Notes: generated by a model not told the origin, from the sequence alone. A stretch of 64,000 bases of DNA from Bispira polyomma (GCA_965649765.1 OZ287748.1:43524001-43588000), one strand, 5' to 3'; positions 13,741-25,970 are shown, numbered from the stretch's first letter. A program made the numbers and translations.

Positions 13741-16223
13741 GTAGCTGTCTCCCACGTATACACCAGGATGGCAGCTACACTAGTGCTCCAGGTGTAAAGT
13801 ATTGTAAAGACAGATGTTTTAAAAGTTTTAGTGTTTGTAAAAATATTACTGGTTATAGTGCAGGCTATGTAGGCCAAAGTAGCAAACAGAGTGAGAAAGA
13901 GAAAGCCTCTCAGCAAGACATAAGTAGACGTGTAAGTCGTTATGTGTATTATTCTGGCTGTAGGAAGGCTGATATTGAAAGCTTAATAGCACGTCCTTTA
14001 ACGAGTGCATTATGTGTTTTTAGAACCACTAATTGTGACGTGAGTACGAAAACATATGCAAACGCAGTGAAGGTGTCAAAAATAACTCCAATCAAGTGAT
14101 TAACCAAAAGCAAATCACTCAGGTGTCATTTCCCAAGGGTGGAAAAATTATCAGTAAAACATTTGGAATGTGTAAGTAAAACTAAGAAACCTGACACGCA
14201 AAGACTGACAGTTAAAAACACCACTCACGACAGTAGTAGGCTAGATCAAAAAATCAATCATGCAAATATTGACCAAAGTGACACGTCAACGGACGGTAAC
14301 AAATCAATGAAACATGACGGTACAAGTCAAAGCAAACTCGATGAAACGGGTAAAAGTGAATTCAAAACACCAGATACAAATGGTTGCAAAAAAATCTTTG
14401 ACATAAATGGGGAAGACAAATTTCTCAATTCCATCCTATTTCATACCAATATAGGTGGTAAAAAGAAAGTACAATCTGATTGCAAAAGTTTGGCCAGATG
14501 GCAGGAACAATCTGATTTCTCATTCGGCTTTGTGCCATTGACTGAACCGTTATTGCCAAGTAAAGAAAATGTACAATCGCACATAGAATGTCCGATAGCA
14601 CTGCATACAGCAGTTAAGCAATTTGGTCAACCTAATTTTTTAGGTGCACGCATTCCCCTACACTCTCAACTAAACATAAGCCAGTGGAAAACAATGTTAG
14701 ATGGCTATTGGGACCAACACCTTCTTCAATTAATACAGTTTGGTTTCCCCTTAGGTTTTAATAGACATTGTAAGTTGAATAGTGACAAGGACAATCATAA
14801 ATCGGCCTCAGATTATCCAAAAGATGTGGATGTGTACATTGCTGAAGAAAGTAAACATGGGGCCATTATTGGCCCATTTGAAAAAAATCCCATTGCTGAT
14901 TGTCATTCCTCACCATTCATGACACGTCATAAGCCGGACTCGGTTAACAGAAGGGTCATCATTGACCTTAGCTGGCCTAAAGGTCTATCGGTCAACGCTG
15001 GAGTAGATAAAAATAGCTATCTGGGTGCTGAGTTCAATCTCAGTTTCCCTACTATAGATGACCTTACAAATGAGCTTACAAAATTGGGCAAAGGTGCCCA
15101 CATATATAAACTGGACGTCAGTAGGGCATTCAGATATTTGAAAATTGATTCGTTAGACTATGATTTACTTGGTTTGAATTGGAAAGGATCATATATCGAT
15201 ACCTGCTTGCCATTTGGCAGCAGACATGGCAGTCAATTTTTTCAGCGCATAAGCGACGCTGTGCGTCACGTCATACGACGCAACGGATATGGCGTCATCA
15301 ACTATGTCGACGATTTTCTAGGGTTCGGTACGCCTAGCGTAGCAGAAAAGTCTTTTAATTGTCTATATGAAGTTATGGAAAAATTAGGTTTGACAATCAG
15401 TAAAAACAAAACTGTTATTCCTAGTACTCAGTCAGTATGCTTGGGCATTCTAGTGGATACAATTGAAGGTACAGTATGAATACCTAAACTAAAACTGTAT
15501 CAGATAAAGCAAACAATCAAAGAATGGCAAAGTAAGGCTCATTGCACGAAAAAGCAATTACAATCATTGCTAGGGCAACTATTGTACATACATAAATGTG
15601 TAAAACCAGCGAGGGTATTTTTAAACCGAATGCTGGAAGTCCTTAGAGGTATTACCAATGTTAACAAAGTTATACTCAGTGAAGACTTTAGAAGAGACCT
15701 GAGGTGGTTTCAAAAGTTTCTGCCCCTGTATGATGGTGTCTCAATGTATGGACACAAAATTATCGACTATACTTAGGAATTAGATGCTTGTCTGGTGGGT
15801 CTTGGTGGTAGATGCAGAAATTTGGTTTACCATTTGGCTATACCGTTTAACTTTAAAAATCTGACCATAGTCCATCTGGAGATGGTCAACATAGTAGTCG
15901 CGTTGAAATTGTATAAAAGTTACTGGAAAGGCACAAAAGTGCTAGTGAAATGTGATAACCAGGCGGTAGTAAACGTGCTAAAATCTGGTCGGGCTAGAGA
16001 TCCATTTTTGGCAGCTTGCGCAAGAAATATTTGGCAGTTAGCTGCTGTGGCTGACATTGACATGCAGTACGTCCATATCATGGGCAAAGACCATATGGTG
16101 GCAGACTTGCTCTCAAGGTGGAAAAATTCCAGTCAAGACATCAGTGAATTGCATTCATTAGTATATAGTCCAATATGGATGAGGACAAATATAGGAATAA
16201 CAGATATTGATGTGCAAGTATAA
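13701..16223 (+). pseudogene. pol: Element 1 pol (reverse transcriptase plus RNase H), single frame with three in-frame stops
   Basis: ORFs 13701, 14139, 15567 and 15795 are all in one frame. Motifs: RVIIDLSWP..SVN, KLDVSRAF, LPFG, YVDDF, CDNQAVV, ADLLSR. Confidence 0.92.
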
Positions 16224-16264
16224 AAGTTAACAGGTGGCTCTAGATACTATGCTTTGTTTTGTAG

Positions 16265-17243
16265 ATTCAAAAGTCCTACAAGGGTTGAAACAAAAAGCTT
16301 GCCTCAGGACACATACAGCCTTCAGACCCAAAACAAAAAAGTGCTATGCCATGTTGTTCAGGACTTTCATTGGGTTTTGAATATGTCTTAAAATTAAATT
16401 GGATATTTTTATAGTAGATTGTGTCATTTCATATCTAGAATATCTAGTGGTAAATGGTGTTTCTGTACATATGGTGAACAATCATGTCTCAGCCATAAAG
16501 GCTATGTGTGTATTATACAACATGCAATTTGAAATATTGGAGCATCCAAAAATTAGATACTTTATTAAAGCTTTAAAAATAAATAGACCTATCACAGTTA
16601 CAAAACGTAATAAAATGGATGTTAACACCCTTAAGCAATTGATTCTGGCATGTGAACATGTAGAAAATTTTCAAGTGTTTAGGGCCATATTTCTAACAGG
16701 TTTTTTGGGATTTTTGAGACTTTCTAATATTGCACCACATTCGGTGGCAGAATTTGATCATACCCGCCATCTGACGGGTGGAGATGTATTTTTCCAAAAG
16801 AACTCGGTGCAGATTTTAATTAAATGGTCGAAAACCATTCAAACTAGGGACCAAATTAAGTTATTAACTCTGCCACGTCTGGGCAAGAGCCTTATTTGCC
16901 CTTATCAGGCTCTGAAAGAAGTATTTAGATTGTATGCTCCAGCTAACAACTTACCATTATTCCAATGTCATACTGCAAAGGGTAGCATAGTGGTCACAGA
17001 TACTAGAGTTAGAAAAGTTTGGCAAACTTAAATCAAAAAATGGGTTTTCCATCAAATTATTATACTTTCCATTCCTTCCGGCGTTCAGGTGCCTCGTTAG
17101 CATATAATGCAAAAGTGCCTATCCAGGAAATTAAAGAGCATGGCACCTGGACGTCGGATTGTGTCTGGACCTATATTCAATCTGATAGTTCAAAAGGTTC
17201 ACAAGTGGCTACCACTTTCCAGAAGATATTGGCTTCAACCTGA
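16265..17243 (+). pseudogene. Element 1 tyrosine recombinase (stop at 16378, frameshift at ~17020)
   Basis: Catalytic motifs FLRLSN (R), WSKT (K), FHSFRR (HxxR), HGTW and VWTY (Y). The frame opens at the tttgttttgtag acceptor. Confidence 0.9.
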
Positions 17244-17268
17244 TGTGGGCTACTTCTACTGTTGGGTT

Positions 17269-17752
17269 TGAGGTTGTGTATACTTCCATACCTAAAAAGC
17301 ACAGGTAAAATTGGAGCCTGATGCCAAGCTAAGGTCACCTTAACTTCATACTGGACCCTCAAGTTAGGGTCACCCCAAAAAATTTGGAAACACAATGTCA
17401 AAAGTTTTACCTTAAGGTAATATGACCTTAGCTTAAGGTTGTAGATGTCAACTTAAAGTCAATATGTAAAATGTAAATTAAAGAATTATATGAGTCAAGT
17501 TAATACTTAACTTGATGGTCCAATTTAAAGATTAATGTAAGTTAAGTTCAAACTTAACTGGAAGATTTAAATGTGTTATAGACTTAAACTGAATGTGTAA
17601 TCTTATCACGAGATGTAAATACATATGGTAGTTATATATATATATATATATATATATACTTTACAATATTACTTATTTAATATACACATATATAACAAAA
17701 TATATATACCCTCACTTAGCTTTGTCATTCCGATTAGTTGTGTTGGGGACTG
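17269..17752 (+). repeat. Element 1 repeat B1
   Basis: Matches 18303-18727; contains a (TA)n tract and ends in ggggactg. Confidence 0.9.
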
Positions 17753-17988
17753 TCGGGTACGGTGTCTAGGCACGGAACATGTCAGTCCTGCACAACCTTA
17801 ATTAAGTTAAGTAGGGTACCAGACCATTTAACAGGTAAAAGGTTAAGTAAGTAAACATCCCTCCCTGTTGTTAAGGAAAGTTGTTTACAAGCATGCTGAT
17901 TGGTTAAGTCAATAAACAAGCAATTTAAGTGAAAACATATGGTCAGTTTGAATTTAGTCACTGACAGAGTGACATTGAAAAACAATTT
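17753..17988 (+). repeat. Element 1 repeat A2
   Basis: 17798-17988 matches A1; followed by cccacccaccctttt. Confidence 0.88.
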
Positions 17989-18302
17989 CCCACCCACCCT
18001 TTTCCCTATGGAGAAGGACAATGTTCAATAGGATATGAATTGATTAAATATAGGAAAATTGACAATTGAGATGTGCATGTTTGCACTTAGGTCTGATAAT
18101 TATTAGAATCTTAGATGACCCAATAAGTGGAGGCATCCCTTGAATTGCATCTAATTGTTAATTGTTTAATTAGCAAACAATAACTTTATAAAATTGAATC
18201 CTATACATTGTTAGTGCAAAGACGTTGGCACCATAACCAGTATATTATTGTTTTTAGTCTTTTTCTTTTATACATGTATTAGTCTGTGTTGTCTTTTTAT
18301 AG

Positions 18303-18727
18303 TGAGGTTGTGTATACTTCCATACCTAAAAAGCACAGGTAAAATTAGAGCCTGATGCCAAGCTAAGGTCACCTTAACTTCATACTGGACCCTCAAGTTA
18401 GGGTCACCCCAAAAAATTTGGAAACTCAATGTCAAAAGTTTTACCTTAAGGTAAGGTGACCTTAGCTTAAGGTTTTAGATGTCAACTTAAAGTCAATATG
18501 TAAAATGTAAATTAAAGAATTATATGAGTCAAGTTACTTAACTTGACGGTCCAATTTAAAGAATAATATAACTGAATGTGTAATCTTATCACGAGATGTA
18601 AATATATATGGTAGTTAGATATATATATATATACTTTACAATATTACATATTTTATATACACATATATAATAAAATATATATACCCTCACTTAGCTTTGT
18701 CATTCGGATTAGTTGTGTTGGGGACTG
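18303..18727 (+). repeat. Element 1 repeat B2 (internal deletion relative to B1)
   Basis: Matches B1; ends in ggggactg and abuts the host stalk exon. Confidence 0.9.
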
Positions 18728-19200
18728 ATAACAGTGAAACCACCCCTTTGGTAACCAAAAATGTTAAAGACATGACGCAAACAAGTGAGTCATCCATACA
18801 CACAAATTCAACGTTATTGGGCTCTATCATCAACAACCAATCCTCTAAGACATTGACAGGTATGTAACATAACTAAAATTGTCACAGATAATTAATTCAC
18901 AGATGAACAAGGAGTTATCTCGACACACAACATATTTCAGTGTCCAAAACAGAGAATACAGAAAGTGGTCTTATGCCATCATTGTCAGAAGTATTTGTAT
19001 CACTATTTTTGTTCCATCGATCGATATATTCAACATCATTGGAAGGCTGACCAATTTATTCAAGTGATACTAAATCTATGATTGTATTTTTTATTTGCAA
19101 AATTATTAATTTACCTTATGTTTTCACACTTGTATTTAATTAAATACATTTTATATAATGAAAGTTAGAAATCTTTCTGTTACATTTACCGAATAAACAT

Positions 19201-19600
19201 CAGTTCAACTTGGTAAAAGATATAAAAGGTCAAGTTTGGAGGCCAAAGTAGTAAGTTTGATGATTGTAACCAGAAGACAGTGAAACTAAGGTTTGAGGTA
19301 TTTATTTAAATTATGTAAATGTTAGTTAAGTAAGTCTATACAGGTAGGGGTAAAAAGGTATAGTAACTTTTAAAATACAAAGTAATTTTAAAAACACCCA
19401 ACCAAACTAAGAAAATTTAGGTAAAGATGAAGCAAAGGTAAGTGGTACAGCAAATGTAGCTTGGGAATTCTGTTGGAGAAATGACCAAACTGCAGATAAC
19501 CTCCAAGGACCATGTGCCATGTTGTTCTGGAGTGACATGTTATTATTGAAGACATATATGGCTACTGATCTCCTAAATGTGTGAAAGCTGTGTGATCTAG
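19201..19600 (-). mobile_element. YR C-terminus plus B relic in the stalk-TM intron of copy 2 (same insertion as 1173-1545)
   Basis: The minus strand reads HSFHTFRRSVAIYVFNNNMSLQNNMAHGPWRLSAVWSFLQQNSQATFAVPLTFASSL, matching the element-2 YR segment HGFHTFRRSGASLAFNNNVSLQQIMSHGLWRSSAVW...VPLTFAS. Confidence 0.8.
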
Positions 19601-22194
19601 TTTGTTTTATGAAGCCCTGAAGTTTCGTGAAAAGCTGTTATTTAATATTTTAGAGGGAACTTTTAAACCTGCCTTATGACAATTAGATACACTGTTGAGG
19701 GATCATAACCTTACTTTTCAAATTTAGTTCTCTGGACCAGGCCTTTCTGAGTACTGTTATTTCTTTAGCTTACGATGAAATTCCGTATAAGGGTTAGTGC
19801 ATTATCGCAGGTTAGTGGCTCGCAGTTGAATCATTCACAGATTGTCCATCAAGATATAGACTAACATGATTGTGATTTTTCTCATTTTTGTTAATTGAAT
19901 GCATTTAATCAAACATATAAGACTAAGGGCCTTCCTTCTGTTATTTCTGAACCATTGTTAAATGTAATATACAATATTGTTTAGGTGTTATAGCTGGTGT
20001 TGTATCCTGTGTGATACTGTTGCTGATATGTTTTGTAACTGGAGCAGCCTGTTGCTACAAAACATATGTTTCTTGGAACTCATTTATCGAAAGATAGAGG
20101 ACCAGTTGTTCATTAATAATATAATTGAAATTATGTCATTCTTTCAATGTGTAACTTGTTTTTAAAACACAAAATACTTCATATTTACTCTTAATAGAAA
20201 ATTGGGCAATTTTATATTTTATTGCATCTTTTCTTAGAGAATTAGTTATGATAAGGTTTTGTTCTTTCAGGTGTCAGAAAAAGAATAGCCCAGAAGAACA
20301 TACATATGAAAACTCATCTGCTACAAACATAGAGATAACAAGTCATGATACAGTTAAACATACAAGTGGAATTGCAATTATAACATCAACAAACATTGAC
20401 AGCCCAAATGAGACTGCAGTAGCTAAGAAGGATGGAGAGTATGAGGATGTTTGGGTACATCATGGCGAGGAAGCGGAAACAAATACAAATGGGAATGTTC
20501 TAAAATGTAATGCTGCAGAATCAGTCGTAAGGGAACCTGAAGGTCACTATGCTCCTTTAACAACATATGAAAATATACCCAGGAATACACAAGATATTAT
20601 GTCAAATAGTAAGTATCAGAAGTTGAAGAAATAGTAATGAAACCAATTTCTGGCAGTTCACTCACGTTTAAATGGCATACCATGTACTAAGTTTTCAATG
20701 TTTTCATAGTTTTAGAGCACTATTGTAGTGATAAACTTGCATTAGATCATTTGTTGGCTTTTAGCAGAAAACTTTTGGAGCCTTTGTTCTCATTAGCTGC
20801 TTGTTTTATGCATACAACCAGTCCTGGATATCCCCTTGATACCACTATTCAGCTATTTCTGTTTGATATTGTTCTACAACAAAATTTGAATATTCTCTGA
20901 ACTGTAGAAGTAATTATGTTACTTTAAATTACATCAGGTGATAATTCCCGAAGTCAAGGTCAAAATGGCAGTTCCAAAATAAATAAATTTGATATGACTG
21001 TAGTGTGCATCATTTGCACCATTACATAATATGAACATTGGTGTCATAGTGTATAGTACAATCAATAGGGGGGGGGGGGGGTGCTTCCTCATTTCTACCC
21101 TCTCTTCCTTAAAGCACTTTTTATTGATCCCTCTCTGTTTCACCTTCTGTTTATCATCAATAACCAATCAGCTCAGCCACCCCGTATATTCCATGTTTTT
21201 ACTCAGAATCGATCACCATATGGAATATAATGATTGACATGTAATCAAGTACCAGTTTCGTTAATGGCTGTTTTCTTACAGTATGTATGCTGTGCCATGC
21301 TTGGGTATTCTTTGTGAAGTTGTTTCTGTTAATATAATGTTTGTGACACAGATATTACGCAGAGTAGTAATTTGGTTATTCCTACTACTTCAAACCCCTT
21401 ACATATTGTGGGTATATTTGAAAATTTCAATATTAATATTAAAACCTTTTTTTTACTTGTAAATGTAAAACGTGTCATGTTTTACTAAATGTGTGCAGAA
21501 TAAATCCTCTATCTAGTTCTTTTCCTGTGTTCAACTAAATAAAACCTCATATGGCAAGGATTCAGTTATTTAATTACCCTATAATTCTTATCCGACCTTT
21601 GCCCTTTCGTCACCTCAGCTTAGTTTACCATATGATTTCACTTACCAATAGTAAGGTATTATTAACCTACTGGTATTTTAATTCATCTCGCCCCTGACTT
21701 TACTTAATTTGACACATTCTCACATTCAAAGGTCATAAACTAATGTGGAAAAGTAACTCTTAAATGTGGCTTGTCAAAAAGGTGTAATCTTGTAATGTAG
21801 CTTTCTGACCAAAACACTACAGGTGTCTGTTCAGTTCCTGCATTCACTTATTTTATCACATATCCTTAACTATAATCATTTATTTATCTGTCTGTATCAT
21901 CAAATTAACTTGAAGTACATGCTATCCAAGCTCACACCTAATACTCTCTCAACATATTTTTTATTAATTTGTATTCATGCGTTTAAAACAGGGAATTGTA
22001 TTCCTATGTTCCTTTAACCCAAATATCTGGATTAAATGACGTTTCTGTCAATTTGGAGCATTGATCACCAGTGACTAGGCCATATTTGTAGCATAACCTG
22101 ATTCATACTCACTAAAAGAGAAGACTGCCTTGAATTTAGACTTGCCTCAATTGCTTGCTTCAAGTCTCTGTCTAGTTTTTATGCACTCTATCAA

Positions 22195-22428
22195 TTGAAT
22201 TTGAATTAGGATATTTAACGTCCACTTTAGTACCTGTTTAGGTTATATTGGGACGGGTAGTTTGAAACGCTGGAGGAAACACTACATACAGTTGATCAAG
22301 ATTCTGCACTGAAACCAGCGGCCCACCTTTCCCACATAGGCATCGACGGGATTCAAATCACGCCAGCCGATCCAAGAGGTATGAGACCAGTGATTGTGAA
22401 GCACAATGCTTGCTCACCACTAGGCAAT
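22195..22428 (-). mobile_element. tRNA-derived SINE (same family as 57576-57788)
   Basis: The reverse complement matches the 57.6 kb copy. TSD ctctatcaa at 22186-22194 and 22429-22437. Confidence 0.85.
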
Positions 22429-23019
22429 CTCTATCAACTAAAAGACTCAATGTAGGTTTATTACCATTTTGAAGAAACAGACTAAGGTACAATAATGTTG
22501 TAACTGTATAATCTATTACCAAAAACTACGTATTGCACATAATGAGAATTTAACTCACTTACTTAATTATGCACCCATTCAGAAAACAAAACGAGTAAAT
22601 GTTGAATGCAGCCCTACACATAGGCAGAGCACCTATGTGTAATGTATTAGTACATTGTAATTCCTATAAAAGTATAAATTTAGCATGCAAGGTTTGGAAG
22701 AAAACAAACATTCATGATTGAATTTACAATACAATATACTGCGATATATTTGTTTTAGTTCTATTACGAAGAAATACACAAAGACAATAAAATAAGGATC
22801 AAAAGTAATTATAAATTAGACTGAAATTCCATAAAGTTGTCAATCAGTGACATTTTATTTTGGTAAAATTTCACCTGTATACAAGACATGTATCTATACT
22901 TTAGTAAACATGAAGGTTTCATATATCTTTCAACACACAGTCACTTGGCTGTATACTTCAGTAAACATGAAGGTTTGATATAGCTTTTAACACACAAACA
23001 CATGAGTGTGAATGGCATA

Positions 23020-23500
23020 CCACTTTAGGGGCATGCTACATCAGTTACAAAGCTACCCTAAATGTTAACCATTTATAAAAGGTTATTCTTGTTTTCTTGT
23101 CTGTCTATCAGCAGAAACCCCTTGACCAATCACAAACTGCCAACTGGTCAAATCATGTGTGAGACCCCACATTTGGGTGCCATATTGAAACTGGAAGGCA
23201 AGCATTATATATCAAAACGAATCCCATCACCAACCCCTTTACTACCTCCACGTAGCTGACTTACTTAACTCATATGTCAGAGCCCAGATTCCGTGTGGAG
23301 GGTTCTGTCTCCTAGACCTCCCTGAGTCCACCTTTAGGGAGTCAGGGTTGAATAGGAGCTCTGGGAGGCAGAACCCTCTGCTAGGCGATTCGGTGGCCTA
23401 GATGTCGGGCTCCTTACTGTGTCACTTAAGTTAAGACTTTACTTAAGCCAGACCTAGGCTTACACGGGAGCATTTAAGACATTGTGGGCTAGTCCCAAGA
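23020..23500 (+). repeat. Interspersed repeat with a GC-rich structured core (second copy at ~39700-40380, - strand)
   Basis: The core 23279-23417 aligns to the reverse complement of 39818-39955. Upstream blocks tttagggg?ca..gctac.tcagt, ccaatcac and atattgaaact are also shared. Confidence 0.75.
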
Positions 23501-24015
23501 TTTTATGTGTAACGGTATACTTATTTTAACATATTTGTTTTACGTATAGTTATGTCCGCTACAGTGGGTTTTTTGTTTTGCTGTGTGAGTGTATTTTAAA
23601 AATTCAAAACTTCAATTTTAAAATTTTAAAATGGCGTGTACATGAACCTTAACTTTGCACATATGCTAACATTGTACAGAATAAAACTCCAAACAGATTA
23701 TTTATTATTTATCCACCAAAAATCTACCAATAACTTCAACCTTGGTAATTTAATTGCAAATCTGCATTTGGATGTTCACCAAAAATTTCATACCTCAACT
23801 TATATCCATACCTCACTTTGGTAACTGTGGTGCTTTTTAAATTATTTCTTGTGCAGATTTGTAATTTGTTTATATTTATATAACTGTGAACACTACTATG
23901 TTTAGAAAATGACACAGACATGATATTTTTAATAATTAGTGTTAAAAAATTTGTATTTTATGAGCTTTGTTTCCACATTTCTTTTAACACCGCCGAGATC
24001 AAGAACAAACATGAC

Positions 24016-24193
24016 CAGTTCCACTTTAAGGCCAGGTGAGGTTGAGGTCAGTTAAGTAAAGGTGACCTTGAGAAGTCAATGAAAGATGTGTTTGCAGAAT
24101 TTATTCTGTACAAGTTAGTATTAATTTTACATATACAATTATAAAAACTAAGGTTTAAAATTGAAACCTTGGTAGAGATTTTAAATATACCCA
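24016..24193 (-). repeat. Element 2 repeat B2
   Basis: Appears identical to 24808-24985. Confidence 0.92.
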
Positions 24194-24587
24194 TGACTAG
24201 CATGTGCAACACCGTGTAAACGGGACTAGCCCTGGTTAAAACATAGTATACAACGTCCCTGTAAAATAACTAGGAATAATAGAGTGGCTCTCACCACAAT
24301 AGCACAAAAGATAAAGTATAATAGTACTTGCCTTTTAGCAAAACAACAATAACAATAGTAAGAAAATAAGTTGCTAGAGTAAAACGTTACATGTTAAAAG
24401 TAGGAAGAGACAAGTTAAAAATTTTTGTATAATTTTTGGAAAACTTACAGCTGCAAAGTGATGAGGCCAGCAAGAAATGAACACAAAACTGAACCTGCTA
24501 GCATTAGAGTGTGTTGTTGAAAAGTAAATAATAAGATAAATGGAAAGAGAAACCTTAGATAAGGTGGAATGAGGGGAGGAAGGTGGG

Positions 24588-24985
24588 AATTAAAAAGAAA
24601 TAAATTTTCCACTTGTTGATGGATGTAAACATAAATGTAAAATGGTGGAATGCTAAGGGAAAGCTATCCCCAAAGACAGGGTAGCTATATGATTGGCTAA
24701 TCGTGATAGAGAGAAGAGGGGGATAACAGAGTGAACCTAGCTAATTAAGGTTATACATAAATAAAGTCGAACTGAACCAGCAGACCCCTCCATGGTCGTG
24801 CTAAGCACAGTTCCACTTTAAGGCCAGGTGAGGTTGAGGTCAGTTAAGTAAAGGTGACCTTGAGAAGTCAATGAAAGATGTGTTTGCAGAATTTATTCTG
24901 TACAAGTTAGTATTAATTTTACATATACAATTATAAAAACTAAGGTTTAAAATTGAAACCTTGGTAGAGATTTTAAATATACCCA
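24588..24985 (-). repeat. Element 2 adjacent B1 (24985-24808) and A2 (24807-24588)
   Basis: The junction ctaagca|cagttcc joins the two element termini. Confidence 0.92.
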
Positions 24986-24993
24986 AACCCAAA

Positions 24994-25970
24994 CTAGGAA
25001 GAAGGGGGGATGATGGAAGCAAAAGTAAGTGGAACTATAGAAGCTTGGGAAGAAGAATTTTGAAGATAAGCCCACACAGCTGAGCTGCGCCAAAGGCCAT
25101 GTGACATAATCTGTTGGAGAGAAACATTATTGTTGAAAGCTAGGGAAGCCCCGGACCTACGGAAAGTGTGGAACCCATGGTAACTATGGTCCACCCCTAA
25201 ATGTTGGAGGACTAACTTTAGCGCAGATCTGATGTGAGAGTCTACAATAGGGTGATGAGGAGGGGCTAAGCAAGCAAAGAGGGGTTGGAAAGGTTTAAGG
25301 GGTCTAGAATGTAATATTTTTTGTAAAGCAGCTACTGGGCAGAGGACTTTATCCTGTAGAGAAGGGAGCTGGATGATGTGTGTGTCAGACCTGTTCTGCA
25401 TGTTCTTTGCCCACTTAAGGATCAAATGTGCCCCTGGAGGGCCAAAAACAACATCTTGCCGCAAGAAATGTCTGGAATGGTCAAATTTAGTTCTCGAATG
25501 GGGGGCGATATTTGACATCCTGAGGAAACCAAAGAAAGCGACTAAGAAAGAAGCTCGGAATAGCTGTGGGTCGTCTAAAATTTCACAAGCTTTGGAAATG
25601 TCCCTAAGAAGGTTGATGTCAAATATCCCTTTCTTTTGGGGTTTAAATTTAGAAGAAAGTGAAATGCTACGACAGAACAATGAAACTGAGTTGTGAGTGA
25701 GTGGACGAACGTCCAGGTTATATTTAGCAAACATGAATTTTAAAGCTGCCAGGTAATTGTTGACTACTCTGGGAGAAATACTGTTCTGTACTAGGTACTC
25801 AAGGAAAGCTAATACTGAAGTGACAGAGAGCTGCTGCAGCCCTGAGTAATGAAGAAAAGCTAAAAATGTCTTAAACTGTGATGTGTAAGCACCAGTGGTG
25901 GAAGGCCTCAGAGCAGAGTTGATTCTCTGTATGGCAGCCAGCCCCAGATGTAATGTGGAAGAGGAAGAAC
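24994..25970 (-). CDS. Element 2 tyrosine recombinase (intact frame; first in-frame ATG only at 25734)
   Basis: Motifs FLRMSN, WAKN, FHTFRR, HGLW and VWAY. The frame is open from the ttgtag acceptor at 25971. Confidence 0.92.

Larger units (their letters stand above)
12109..18727 (+). mobile_element. Ngaro-like tyrosine-recombinase retrotransposon, element 1 (A1-gag-pol-YR-B1-A2-B2), mutated
   Basis: Split direct repeats: A1 12109-12299 matches 17798-17988 in A2, and B1 17269-17752 matches B2 18303-18727. It has gag, RT/RNase H and YR ORFs, and no methyltransferase or hydrolase ORF was seen. Confidence 0.93.
11650..20634 (+). pseudogene. Receptor paralogue copy 2, disabled and interrupted by YR element 1: domain-2 exon 11650-12044, stalk remnant 18728-18859, TM exon 19985-20063, cytoplasmic exon 20271-20634
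   Basis: The domain-2 exon is frameshifted (395 nt; stop after LLEELF). The stalk exon acceptor was lost at the insertion. The TM exon donor is mutated (AAAAC|atatgt vs AAAAG|gtatgt in copy 3). No signal or lectin exon was seen upstream. Confidence 0.8.

Noticed and set aside
16265-17243. Phage integrase or bacterial contamination
   Set aside because: The YR is embedded with gag, RT/RNase H and split direct repeats in intron-containing animal DNA.
17745-17795. Known ribozyme at the B1/A2 junction hairpin
   Set aside because: No hammerhead, HDV or twister core was recognisable on either strand; reported only as an inverted motif.
24445-24500. Hammerhead ribozyme (tgatgag...gaaa)
   Set aside because: The core reads GTGATGA rather than CTGATGA, and no convincing stems I-III were found.
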